The notes beneath the pieces are model-generated. The model saw only the letters and a list, made by a program, of their open reading frames with translations. It searched no databases and was not told where the DNA came from. The position numbers were made by a program, and so were the translations under genes. From positions 90,145 through 154,144 of the IMG/VR virus record IMGVR_UViG_3300010401_000032: 64,000 bases of DNA; one strand, written 5' to 3'. The DNA comes from a virus. Its lineage: Duplodnaviria > Heunggongvirae > Uroviricota > Caudoviricetes. Positions 54,934-63,881 of the stretch are shown here, piece after piece. Position 1 is the first letter of the stretch; each line of letters begins with the position of its first letter.

Positions 54934-55959
54934 TTATAGTATTGGATTCTCGATTGTAGGTAGCGTAGAAATAGGTCCAAAGATATGACCTAATGGTGTA
55001 GTTGGAGCATTTAAGAATGTTTCTACTGTATAAGTGATTATAGCTCTTTCATATTCTTCGGCGGATTGAAGATTACGCGGATTGGCTGTCATGATATTAG
55101 TAATATATCTAACAGGAATACCAGATCCTATAGTCGTGATTAACTCTCTATTTCTCAGCATTTCCTGATATGGAACGTATTCAGGAGATAGAGTGTTGAG
55201 TATACCAGAGAGTGGCAACGGAGCTATATTAAAATCTATCATAGGAATAGCTTTTCGCCATTGACTCGTAATGATATCAATTATATTGTCTCGTTGTAAA
55301 TCGTCCAATGCCCAAACGTGAAATTTAATCTCATCGGTGATGATAGCACTTCTATTGCCCAATTCATATCCTCTTAGATCTCTGCCGTCAACCTCGATAA
55401 ATACTGCTGGAAATGGTTGAGAGCGACCAGACGGATAAACAAGTTGCATAGATGTGAATGGATTGGTCACGTATTGACTCTCGATATATCCATCGCTGAA
55501 TTGTTGATTGAACTGATGTTCAAAACCAACTCTAACTTCTCTAACCGAGAACTCTCCGTTGACTTTTAATGCCGTGGGCTGCGGGGAATTAAAAATGATT
55601 CTACCGTTAATAAAGTCAATAGTGTGCCCAAACTGAGGATCAGTAGTAGGACGAAAACTGCCCTCAATATATACACCAGAGGCCACAACAGGAGGAGATG
55701 AAACGTTCGTACCATCGAGCGGTACGCCAGATTCATAAACCCAATTTCTAAAAGCCGATTGCCAAACTTGACCATCGCTGACTCCAAATAGTGTATCTTT
55801 AGCGGTTGAATCGGGAAGCAAAAGTGACATATCGCTACCGTCATAGAATGGCTGTCCACTGGCAATATTAGTGAATGCACCTTCTCTAAGAAAATGCATA
55901 TCAATAAAAAGCTTCATATTGAGCTTTAAAAGCGAGCGGAGTTTATATTCTAGACCCAT
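54934..55959 (-). CDS. Putative tail completion/terminator protein
   Basis: Immediately upstream of the tube gene; FPAVFIE....D..GYELG...I.F.V.A pattern resembles tail terminators. Confidence 0.6.
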   Translation of the reverse strand: MGLEYKLRSLLKLNMKLFIDMHFLREGAFTNIASGQPFYDGSDMSLLLPDSTAKDTLFGVSDGQVWQSAFRNWVYESGVPLDGTNVSSPPVVASGVYIEGSFRPTTDPQFGHTIDFINGRIIFNSPQPTALKVNGEFSVREVRVGFEHQFNQQFSDGYIESQYVTNPFTSMQLVYPSGRSQPFPAVFIEVDGRDLRGYELGNRSAIITDEIKFHVWALDDLQRDNIIDIITSQWRKAIPMIDFNIAPLPLSGILNTLSPEYVPYQEMLRNRELITTIGSGIPVRYITNIMTANPRNLQSAEEYERAIITYTVETFLNAPTTPLGHIFGPISTLPTIENPIL

Positions 55960-55961
55960 AA

Positions 55962-56513
55962 TTATCCTACATCAATATTCGGTGAGGGGTTTTCGGACTC
56001 TTGAATTTCACGTAATTTTATCATAAGATATCGTCTTACGGTAAATCCAATTGGACGAGTATCCGCAATAGCGTATCTGCGACCTTCAATACTAATACTG
56101 AGGGTCTCTTTTACGTGAGGCAATGCTTCAATAACGACTGTAATCATCGCCTCATTTTCTTTTAAGAATCCTATTCCAAGTTTATCATTAGGTAGATTAA
56201 GACGAGGGCCGACAACAATATGGGCTGTATATTCTACATCACGAGTAGTAATTTTTGTGCCAGGATTTCTGGTGTTCGTGGTTGGAACAGGAACTCTACC
56301 AAAGAATGGATTATATTGTTGTGGAGCATGTTGTGCTTGGGTAACATTATCTTGTTGTATTAATGGCTGTAAATGGAAGAGTACTGGGCCTCTGCGACCG
56401 CCGAGATCTTGAAGTGCTTCATCCATAACAGAATGATAGATATTTTCCAAGAAAGGCATATTAATGATGCCGCTTCCTGCTGTTAGGTCTTCAAAATTAT
56501 TAATCAAAATCAT
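55962..56513 (-). CDS. Putative head-closure (stopper) protein
   Basis: Head-tail joining region; beta-rich C-terminus (IEGRRY.I.D..P.G). Confidence 0.5.
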   Translation of the reverse strand: MILINNFEDLTAGSGIINMPFLENIYHSVMDEALQDLGGRRGPVLFHLQPLIQQDNVTQAQHAPQQYNPFFGRVPVPTTNTRNPGTKITTRDVEYTAHIVVGPRLNLPNDKLGIGFLKENEAMITVVIEALPHVKETLSISIEGRRYAIADTRPIGFTVRRYLMIKLREIQESENPSPNIDVG

Positions 56514-57085
56514 GGTTGCACGTATCTAAACTTGACTCTAATTTTTGCATATCCAGGGGTTATTACCTTCACTTGGTCTGCTGGATTATTTTCCCAAACT
56601 ATTTCTTTTGTACACGGATCCATGTATTCACGACTAAAACCTAGGCCACGCATGACTACGATGTGCGGGTCGGCTTTTAATACACTTCTAAATTCGCCTA
56701 TTTTTAAAGTGCCAAATGAAGGATCATTTGTGAAGGTGCCACTTGGTCCTACGTAGGCGTCCATGCCGGGCATCAACTCGCCGACAATATGAAGCCAGTC
56801 CGTGATCCAATCTCCTTCGATACCAACGCCAACAATACTGCATGGTACGTCGGTCATGACACCATTACCTCTATAGGTTCTATGATATTGTCTGCCAAGA
56901 TTCATCCACTCCACATCATTTAATTGGATGCCGAATGGAATAACGTCCGTTGGGTCATATGCATATTGCACTATCGTCATCCCAGATAACGAGCCCAAAG
57001 ATAAACATCCGCCACGTTCTTGCGTAAATGGCGTAATGAAATCTATATTGACCTGTTCGGTCTGTCTAGCAGGTAGGAGAGACAT
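56510..57085 (-). CDS. Paralogue of the capsid decoration protein
   Basis: Shares NID...ERGG, G..(L/M).DV..N, S.VG...EGD..TD, PG...Y....G with 59429-59896. Confidence 0.65.
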   Translation of the reverse strand: MSLLPARQTEQVNIDFITPFTQERGGCLSLGSLSGMTIVQYAYDPTDVIPFGIQLNDVEWMNLGRQYHRTYRGNGVMTDVPCSIVGVGIEGDWITDWLHIVGELMPGMDAYVGPSGTFTNDPSFGTLKIGEFRSVLKADPHIVVMRGLGFSREYMDPCTKEIVWENNPADQVKVITPGYAKIRVKFRYVQP

Positions 57086-57425
57086 TTTGAAGTGCTATCT
57101 TAATTTGATCAACTTTTTTCTTATGTGACCAAGTTTTGTCGTATTTTGAAACCATTAAGGGGCCAATGTTATCTATAGTAGATTCAGGCAACCATCTTAT
57201 TTCGTGATAGGTGAATGCTATTTCTGGAAATGGTTTGCCGAACAGTTTAGATAAAATACCTTCTCTATATGTACAATCGACTAATCCGTCTTTACAAGAA
57301 TTATAAACTTGAAATGGAAGATTAGTTGGTTCTTGACCACATTCCTTGCCGTATATTCTATATATAATACCCGTGTCGGCACGAATATCTAATACCCCGC
57401 GAGGCTTTTTAGCAAAGACGAGCAT
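57066..57425 (-). CDS. Hypothetical protein
   Basis: 119 aa, overlaps neighbour. Confidence 0.6.
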   Translation of the reverse strand: MLVFAKKPRGVLDIRADTGIIYRIYGKECGQEPTNLPFQVYNSCKDGLVDCTYREGILSKLFGKPFPEIAFTYHEIRWLPESTIDNIGPLMVSKYDKTWSHKKKVDQIKIALQNVSPTC

Positions 57426-57426
57426 A

Positions 57427-58281
57427 TTAATATATCATCTTTCCAAAGTTGCCGGTCATACGGCTTAAGAAGGCTTTTATAGCCGCTTCTAATTCATTGC
57501 GTCTTTGGGTCGCGTCGAACTTGTGCAGATCGGATCTAAATCCAAGACGCGAAGACGAAATAGTAACTGTCACGCCATCGGCGTTAGTAACGGAAATGCC
57601 ATCTTGTCCGACTGACGTACTGAGACCGTCTATTGCCATCAATCTCTTAAGGGCACTGATTTCGCTTTCAAGTATAATAACTTCCATTTGCATAACAACT
57701 AGATCGCAAATTTCGTCGTTATTTGGAGTGATCGTGCCAGCTTCGGGATCGGCAATAATTGGGAATACTTTAATGCGTGGGCCGCCGAAACCACCAGGAA
57801 TACCCTGAGGACGAGAAGTTGGAGAAAGTCCGAGTCTTTGATTAAGTCTTCGAACTGCCTTAACGAGAACTCTTTGTAAGAATTCATCATTAAATATTAC
57901 GCCTGCCGCATCGCCAATGTCTATACGAACTGCGTCATATATGGCACTCGTTTTATCTTCGGGGGGATTGAATCCTATGCTTACAAGCACGTCTTGCACA
58001 ACGAACGTCTCAGAGGCTTTAACTAGGCTATCTAGTAGCGTAATGATAGTCCAATCAACGTGCCATAAACCTAACTGAAATCCAGCAGGAATAATACCCG
58101 AGCCAACATAATGTCCTAATGCTGGATTTAAAGCAACTCCACTAACGGCCGAGGCGTTAGAGGCGTCGAATAATTCAAATCCAACGTATTTTCCACTGAC
58201 AGATGCACCATTAGCGGATAAGAATATATCCAAAGCAGAAGCATCTTGACCAACAGTTAAAACTTTGCTTTCTCCAGACAT
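57427..58281 (-). CDS. Putative head-tail adaptor with N-terminal Ig-like domain
   Basis: First gene after MCP; N-terminal beta domain (GHY.....IP....G.W...W); C-terminal VR.DIGD....F.D..L...L..A helical adaptor pattern. Confidence 0.55.
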   Translation of the reverse strand: MSGESKVLTVGQDASALDIFLSANGASVSGKYVGFELFDASNASAVSGVALNPALGHYVGSGIIPAGFQLGLWHVDWTIITLLDSLVKASETFVVQDVLVSIGFNPPEDKTSAIYDAVRIDIGDAAGVIFNDEFLQRVLVKAVRRLNQRLGLSPTSRPQGIPGGFGGPRIKVFPIIADPEAGTITPNNDEICDLVVMQMEVIILESEISALKRLMAIDGLSTSVGQDGISVTNADGVTVTISSSRLGFRSDLHKFDATQRRNELEAAIKAFLSRMTGNFGKMIY

Positions 58282-58297
58282 ATGAAGCTCCTAATAA

Positions 58298-58309
58298 GGA
58301 ATACACTAC
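58298..58309 (-). promoter_or_regulatory. Candidate late-promoter variant GTAGTGTATTCC
   Basis: TAGTGTATT core 16 nt before ATG 58281; context TAGTGTATTCCTTATTAGGA matches 61823. Confidence 0.45.
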
Positions 58310-58329
58310 TTATGATCATTGTAAATACA

Positions 58330-58355
58330 GACGGCCACTCATAAGAGTGGCCGTC
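58330..58355 (-). terminator. Hairpin after the major capsid gene (probable terminator)
   Basis: GACGGCCACTC-TTAT-GAGTGGCCGTC, 11-bp perfect stem; weak U-tract (TGTATTT). Confidence 0.7.
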
Positions 58356-58379
58356 CGTAAGTCATACTAAGTCAAGGAC

Positions 58380-59417
58380 TTAGAACTCGCCGATTAGGAC
58401 TCTACGGCTGTCGAGAACGGCGAAGCCGTGCTCCATCCAACCGAAGATTCCGGCTCTTTGCTCGCGATAAAGTGCGGGATCTTCGTACGTCTCAAGTTCG
58501 TAACGAATTGGCATAACGAAACTATCCATTGTGGATAGGTCGAGACCAATGCAGTATTCCTTAAGAGTTGCAGAAGATACGACTGAGTGAGCGTTGCCAA
58601 GAGTTACTTCGAGGAATTCCTCGTACTCTTGACCTTCGCCGAACTCGGTCATTTCGTGAAGAACGACACCGTAAATCTGAGCTAGGCCGTATTCCTTTGA
58701 AACGAAGATTTCACGACGAGTGAACTCGTCGATTTCGTCTACGTCCCAAGCACGAATGTCTTCCATAGCTTCCATAGATAGATAAGTGTCGGTCAAACGA
58801 CCAGCATTACCGTTACCACCGGCACCACGTGTCATCGCAGTCTTCATACGGCTGAGCAATTCCTTTGTGAATTGACCAGCGGCGGCGACTGGAGATAGCG
58901 TAGAACCAGTGAATGGAGCAGTGCCGTTGGCGTGAACAATTAGACCACGACCATCGGCTGCACCAAGAATGGTACGCCAACCGTCGCTATTGATCTTGCG
59001 AACGAAACCAGCTTCATAAACACGAATGGCTCGCATAATAACGTCGAATCGTGCTTCTCTTGCGTACTTCAAAGACCAGTCAATTGAGTTACCAATTGAG
59101 AATGTGGGAACCCACAATTCATCGCCTTCAACGTGACGCTCAGGAACACGACCTTGCTTCGGTAGGGTGAAGGCCATAAACTCGTCTTCTTCACCGGGCT
59201 TAACGAAGTCAAGAGGATAATTTGCTTGGGCACCAGGAGCGAGAACTTGCTTCTCGTAGATGCCACCAAGATTGTCACGATCAAAAATGCCCTGACGAAG
59301 AGGTGCATTTAGTTCGGCTGCCAAAGCCTTCTGTGCTTGACCGCGAACCTCTGTATCAGAGCTTGCAGTAGCACGAAGTGCTTCAATTGCTTCTTGCGGA
59401 TAACGGTTGTAATTCAT
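58380..59417 (-). CDS. Major capsid protein (HK97-like fold)
   Basis: Follows scaffold and decoration genes, strong SD, followed by a hairpin; E-loop/P-domain-like pattern (G.VPERHVEGDE..VPTF.I...IDW...YAR.ARFD). Confidence 0.82.
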   Translation of the reverse strand: MNYNRYPQEAIEALRATASSDTEVRGQAQKALAAELNAPLRQGIFDRDNLGGIYEKQVLAPGAQANYPLDFVKPGEEDEFMAFTLPKQGRVPERHVEGDELWVPTFSIGNSIDWSLKYAREARFDVIMRAIRVYEAGFVRKINSDGWRTILGAADGRGLIVHANGTAPFTGSTLSPVAAAGQFTKELLSRMKTAMTRGAGGNGNAGRLTDTYLSMEAMEDIRAWDVDEIDEFTRREIFVSKEYGLAQIYGVVLHEMTEFGEGQEYEEFLEVTLGNAHSVVSSATLKEYCIGLDLSTMDSFVMPIRYELETYEDPALYREQRAGIFGWMEHGFAVLDSRRVLIGEF

Positions 59418-59428
59418 ATAGTTCTCCT

Positions 59429-59896
59429 TTATAGTTCAAGGCTAATCTTTAAGAACCCGTCAGCCGTACGAGCACTAAGTGCTTTACCGACGACTACTCG
59501 TCTGGCAGCAATTTGTTGACGGCTGACTTTTCCATTATCAGCGAGATAGAGTACGTCGCCTGGAGCGTAAGTACCAACTGATGCACCATCGGCTGTAGTA
59601 GTTTCTACGAAGTCAGTCCAGAAATCACCTTCCGTTGCTAGGCCGACAACACTGCCTGCCGAAACAACGTTACGCTGACGATACTCGGGAGCGTTAAAAG
59701 CATTGAGTGCTTCAACGTCGTCCATGAGTAAACCAGCGGGTTTTGAAAGTTGACCTGAAACTGCGGTTGCATTACCGTATTCGCCTAGACCAGCTACACC
59801 GGGAACAAAAGAGATGATACCTCCGCGTTCTGCGACACCAGAAACAGTAACGTCAATATTTGTCTCAAATACTTGACGGCTTTCTTTTAATGCCAT
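59429..59896 (-). CDS. Capsid decoration / cement protein
   Basis: 155 aa between scaffold and MCP; PAGL, PGD.LY....G, VVGKALS..ADG.LKI beta-tulip-like motifs. Confidence 0.7.
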   Translation of the reverse strand: MALKESRQVFETNIDVTVSGVAERGGIISFVPGVAGLGEYGNATAVSGQLSKPAGLLMDDVEALNAFNAPEYRQRNVVSAGSVVGLATEGDFWTDFVETTTADGASVGTYAPGDVLYLADNGKVSRQQIAARRVVVGKALSARTADGFLKISLEL

Positions 59897-59907
59897 AATA
59901 AGCCTCC

Positions 59908-61812
59908 TTATAGAACGGGATCGAAGCCCGGCTTACTTGCCGGAGCTTTTTCTTCTTTTTCACCACGACCAGCCAAAACCGTTGACGCTAACACGCGGAA
60001 CGGATTGACTGTCTCACCCTCGTCACCAACTTGTGAACCGGCAAGCTGGACGCCACCCTTGGCTTGAGCGTTCTCAAGCATCTTGGCAGGATCGTTCCCG
60101 GCGGTTTCACCAGCAATTTTGTAACGCGGTGTTCTTAATTGACCTGGATTAACTCCACTCTTAACATTGGTTTCGCCAGTGTTAGTAGGATTGATTAAAT
60201 CAGGTTCGTTTGGATTACCATTCATCGTATCCGGATTGGCGGTGCCACTCTCAGAACGACGCTTTGCTAGCAATGATTCAAAGACGTTTGCACATCCCTT
60301 GTCCGCTGGCTTTTGATCTTTGGCCTTTTTAGCCTTCTTCTCATCCATAGCGTTTTGCATTGCGGGCGGTAATTCTTTCTTTGCACCACGTGTGAGTTCA
60401 AGAACCATTAGTTCCTTCTCATCACGCCAGTGCGTATATTCTGCTTGAGATAGTGAAGAAGCATGTGCAACAAATGTTTCTAGTGCTTCTTCGGAAATCA
60501 CTTCGCCGAGCAATGAACGAACGTCTTGCTCACGAACGACTGACTCCGCTTCCGCTAGTTGTGCTTCAAGTTCTGATGCACGTGCGGCTCTTGAACGAAG
60601 TGATGCCATGGAGTTTTGAATCCAAGCAATCTTTGCCTTAAAAGCTTCTTCGCCCGTCTTTGCGGCGTCAATCTTAGCGATTTCAGGAGGAGTGTCGTCT
60701 GTTGCTCCTGCTGTTACATGATCATTAACTAGTTGATCAACCAATGAAGAATATTCATCGAGTTGGCCGCGAAGGGCGTCTAGTTCTGTCTTCTTGTTTT
60801 CTTGTGCTGTATTAAGTTCATTTAGCTTCTGACCTAATTCAACGCTTTGGTTTTCAGCTTGCGTTGCACGAGCAACTAAAGCTGCATGTTCACGCTCCGC
60901 TGCTGCAACCTTTTCTCTTTTATCGAGAACGGTTTCAACCGCAGAAGCAATAACTTCGGGCACGCCTTCGCCCTTTAGTTGTGCTGATGTATTCATAAAA
61001 ATTTCCTCCAGATGATCATTTCCTTGTAATTCAGTTAACTGTTGGAGCAAGAGTGCGATTTGCGACTCTGTGGGTTGCTCCGCTAAAGAGTTCATAGGCT
61101 CTACAGCCTCTATCACGGAACGCTTATTTGCGGGACGGTCCACAAAACCGCAGCCTCCAAAGGTAATTGACCTTAGGACGCGACCGATCCGCACATCGTC
61201 ATCCTTTTCAGGATGGCGATATACCCCGGTTCCTTTGTTAGCACGAAGATGCTCATCAAGGAACGCGGAGAACTTATTTCGGGTTACTACTTCACTTAGT
61301 TGACCTGTAGCCTTATCACAGAATCCATAACTATAATCATCAAACCATGCTTCCATGGAAACGTATAGCGAATTAGACTTAGAACGACGAGCGATTTCGC
61401 TAGCACGTTCCGGCTGTATCAAACTAAAAACAGCAGCTTCAACCCAAAGATCAAAGTCACGATCTGGAACAGCAGGACTATTAATGTCTAATATATTGCC
61501 GTTGAGATCGCGAGCTTGTACTGTATAAATAACACCAAGAATGTCTTTATCGTTATGTTGCCAATTAAACGGCTTTAAAACTGGGGTGTGACGAGCAGCC
61601 CAAGCTTCTTCACGAGTGAAGATATCGTCGTTTTCATTTGTACCAGCGGTGGGGCCGGCAGAAACTAAACAAGAACGAACATAAAGTAAATCCATTTGTG
61701 GCTTTAAATCAAAACCATAGCGGTCTTTTAGAGACGACGCGATGGCCTTAAATTCGTCAGACTTAGGTTCTAAAACCTCTGCCTTAGCCGTTAATGTTGT
61801 GCGATATTTCAT
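59908..61812 (-). CDS. Prohead protease-scaffold fusion
   Basis: N-terminal NENDD.F, KPFNWQH..ILG, VSME, FGGCGFVDRPA protease-like motifs; C-terminal acidic coiled coil. Confidence 0.7.
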   Translation of the reverse strand: MKYRTTLTAKAEVLEPKSDEFKAIASSLKDRYGFDLKPQMDLLYVRSCLVSAGPTAGTNENDDIFTREEAWAARHTPVLKPFNWQHNDKDILGVIYTVQARDLNGNILDINSPAVPDRDFDLWVEAAVFSLIQPERASEIARRSKSNSLYVSMEAWFDDYSYGFCDKATGQLSEVVTRNKFSAFLDEHLRANKGTGVYRHPEKDDDVRIGRVLRSITFGGCGFVDRPANKRSVIEAVEPMNSLAEQPTESQIALLLQQLTELQGNDHLEEIFMNTSAQLKGEGVPEVIASAVETVLDKREKVAAAEREHAALVARATQAENQSVELGQKLNELNTAQENKKTELDALRGQLDEYSSLVDQLVNDHVTAGATDDTPPEIAKIDAAKTGEEAFKAKIAWIQNSMASLRSRAARASELEAQLAEAESVVREQDVRSLLGEVISEEALETFVAHASSLSQAEYTHWRDEKELMVLELTRGAKKELPPAMQNAMDEKKAKKAKDQKPADKGCANVFESLLAKRRSESGTANPDTMNGNPNEPDLINPTNTGETNVKSGVNPGQLRTPRYKIAGETAGNDPAKMLENAQAKGGVQLAGSQVGDEGETVNPFRVLASTVLAGRGEKEEKAPASKPGFDPVL

Positions 61813-61822
61813 ATCCTATTAA

Positions 61823-61834
61823 GGAATAAACTAA
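61823..61834 (-). promoter_or_regulatory. Candidate late-promoter variant TTAGTTTATTCC
   Basis: Intergenic, 10 nt before ATG 61812; shares TAGT.TATTCCTTA.TAGGA with 58298. Confidence 0.4.
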
Positions 61835-61845
61835 ATAGACGCCTA

Positions 61846-62301
61846 TCAGCCAAAGTTTTCAGGTATATGGCAGTGATCACCGCATGGATGATTTTCGCCA
61901 TCGTGTACGTGAGAGCCGTCTATCGATATACCATATAAAGGTTTTTCTTTTTTATGGTGGTGTGCCCCGTAACGATTTTGCGGACCATGAGAGTGTCCGC
62001 CCGATGGCTTACCGCCTATTACGTGAGAGTGTAATCCTAATGGATTGGACTCAGAATGGATATGAACACCGTAATATGTGGCTTCTTCTTCTGGAGTTGA
62101 TGGAGCGTGATCCCAAACGGGAACGTTCGCGGGTTTCATTTCCAATCCGTATGGATCGGCAATATCAGTTCCGGGAACTTTTCTAACGCCATCTCCGCAC
62201 GGATCTTTTTCGTCGCCACGAGCACGAACTAAGGCTTCCTGAAAAGACCCATGCTGTAGTCCACGATTACGATCCCAAGTATCACGATCTAAAATATTCA
62301 T
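61846..62301 (-). CDS. His-rich protein with repeated G-x-H-x-H motifs
   Basis: 14 His in the last ~75 aa (GVHIH, GLHSH, GGHSH, GAHHH, GSHVH, GDHCH). Confidence 0.75.
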   Translation of the reverse strand: MNILDRDTWDRNRGLQHGSFQEALVRARGDEKDPCGDGVRKVPGTDIADPYGLEMKPANVPVWDHAPSTPEEEATYYGVHIHSESNPLGLHSHVIGGKPSGGHSHGPQNRYGAHHHKKEKPLYGISIDGSHVHDGENHPCGDHCHIPENFG

Positions 62302-62303
62302 TA

Positions 62304-62615
62304 TTAGCTACCTTGCGTAAATTCGTTTACAGTATGAAGATCGTTAGTAATACCGCCGTCTGTTTCCGTTACTTCTGAAACAACGGTTCTTGCAAATCCG
62401 GCGGGAATCGTATAAGTGTCACGACACTTGCCGCCTGGAGCACTGGGAGTACCGATAGCACTTCCAGAAACGTGCGTAATTGTTACGCTTTCTTTTACGC
62501 CATTGCCATCGATGTCGATGGTACGATCCGTAAGACGTTGCATATGAGCACCGTTATTACGAACCTGAATAACGTTGATGTTATTACGATAACCAACATT
62601 TAGGGACGTTGCCAT
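62304..62615 (-). CDS. Small probable virion protein
   Basis: 103 aa, T/G/N-rich beta pattern in the head module. Confidence 0.65.
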   Translation of the reverse strand: MATSLNVGYRNNINVIQVRNNGAHMQRLTDRTIDIDGNGVKESVTITHVSGSAIGTPSAPGGKCRDTYTIPAGFARTVVSEVTETDGGITNDLHTVNEFTQGS

Positions 62616-62977
62616 GATTTTTTCTTCTTTTTCTTGCCGCCGTCTGTTGGCTTCTGAGGTTCATTATAATAATTAGCCTCTTCTTGAGCAACCAACATAA
62701 AAGCTCCCAATGAAAAGTCAGCCTTGCTTACTTGAATATCTTTATACTTGCGTTTTACAGCACTGCGAACCGCCGACTGTAAAGCTTGAAGAGTACCGCT
62801 ATACCAAGAAGGTACGGAACTATATTGAGCTACTCTAGAAAGAGCATTACGTGCTTGGTCTTCGCTATTAATAGGAAAGTGATCCTTATGGTCTTTTACG
62901 TTCTTAGAATTCGCTGGAAACACTACGTCTCCGCGATTTCTAATTTCTGCCTTAGGATCTAATTTCTTATCAGCCAT
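62600..62977 (-). CDS. Small basic protein with HFPI...QARNAL.R domain
   Basis: Start re-called at MADKKL (overlaps upstream stop); the domain is repeated in 62970-63863. Confidence 0.7.
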   Translation of the reverse strand: MADKKLDPKAEIRNRGDVVFPANSKNVKDHKDHFPINSEDQARNALSRVAQYSSVPSWYSGTLQALQSAVRSAVKRKYKDIQVSKADFSLGAFMLVAQEEANYYNEPQKPTDGGKKKKKKSWQRP

Positions 62978-63863
62978 TTTTCTTATTTTCATTCATCTTA
63001 TTAATGAGTGCTAGACGACGATCTTCTTGATAAGAAGCTGCCGTTGAGCTTGACATCATTAATTCGGACAAAACGTTTTGTTGAATATAAGTGCTCAATG
63101 TTTCGAATTGATCTGAGGATAGTCCACCGTCAATAATGTCTTGTGCGAGCTTCTTTGCTTGCTTGACATTATCAAGTTGAGAATCAATAACTTCCATTAG
63201 CCTGCCACCAAATGTCTTGCGAACATCATTATTCTTGCATAGCTCTACCGCTTGAGCAGTTGTGATGGTAGGAGCGGGAACTTGAGGAACTAGATCCTTC
63301 TTAATGACATCGTTCGGATCCTTAACAGATTGCAAAGATGTCTCGGCTGGAGTCTGACCATCAGACAATGCAATCGTTAGTTGCATATCTGGATGTAGCT
63401 TGACTATACCGTCGTGAACTTCTTTTTGAAGCTCGGCTAGCGTGCCGTTGTACCAGACTGGGCAATCAGCTAGACGCAATACTCTAGACATGCTAGACTG
63501 AGCTTGCGTACTCGTAATAACTGGGAAGTGATGCTTGGAATCCAAAAGCTTGGTGGAAGCTTGGCCAGCAATAGTTCCTCTGTGGAGTTTGTCAGAAATA
63601 GATTGATGAACAATCTGACGAGGCTTCGGATCTGGCTCTTGACCAACTACGGTAGGATCAATATTACCATTAACAGCCTGAGCAAAATTAGTAAAAGCGT
63701 CTTTGTATTCCATTGATGATCCTTTATTCTTAAAGTATTCGACTTCTGCTAGTCTTTTCTTTGCTTCGCCTTCTGATGATGAACAGCCCAGGTTCTTGCC
63801 AGTATGTGAAAATACACAATACTCACTACCAACTTTACGGATAATAGCGTTTGTTCTTTCCAT
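62970..63863 (-). CDS. Head-module protein with a small N-terminal IRK.G..(Y/W)CV.S..GKNLG domain and an internal copy of the HFP domain
   Basis: HHFPVITSTQAQSSMSRV...P.WYNGTL.ELQ matches DHFPINSEDQARNALSRV...P.WYSGTL.ALQ. Confidence 0.7.
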   Translation of the reverse strand: MERTNAIIRKVGSEYCVFSHTGKNLGCSSSEGEAKKRLAEVEYFKNKGSSMEYKDAFTNFAQAVNGNIDPTVVGQEPDPKPRQIVHQSISDKLHRGTIAGQASTKLLDSKHHFPVITSTQAQSSMSRVLRLADCPVWYNGTLAELQKEVHDGIVKLHPDMQLTIALSDGQTPAETSLQSVKDPNDVIKKDLVPQVPAPTITTAQAVELCKNNDVRKTFGGRLMEVIDSQLDNVKQAKKLAQDIIDGGLSSDQFETLSTYIQQNVLSELMMSSSTAASYQEDRRLALINKMNENKKNG

Positions 63864-63881
63864 ATGTAAACCCCGTAAACT

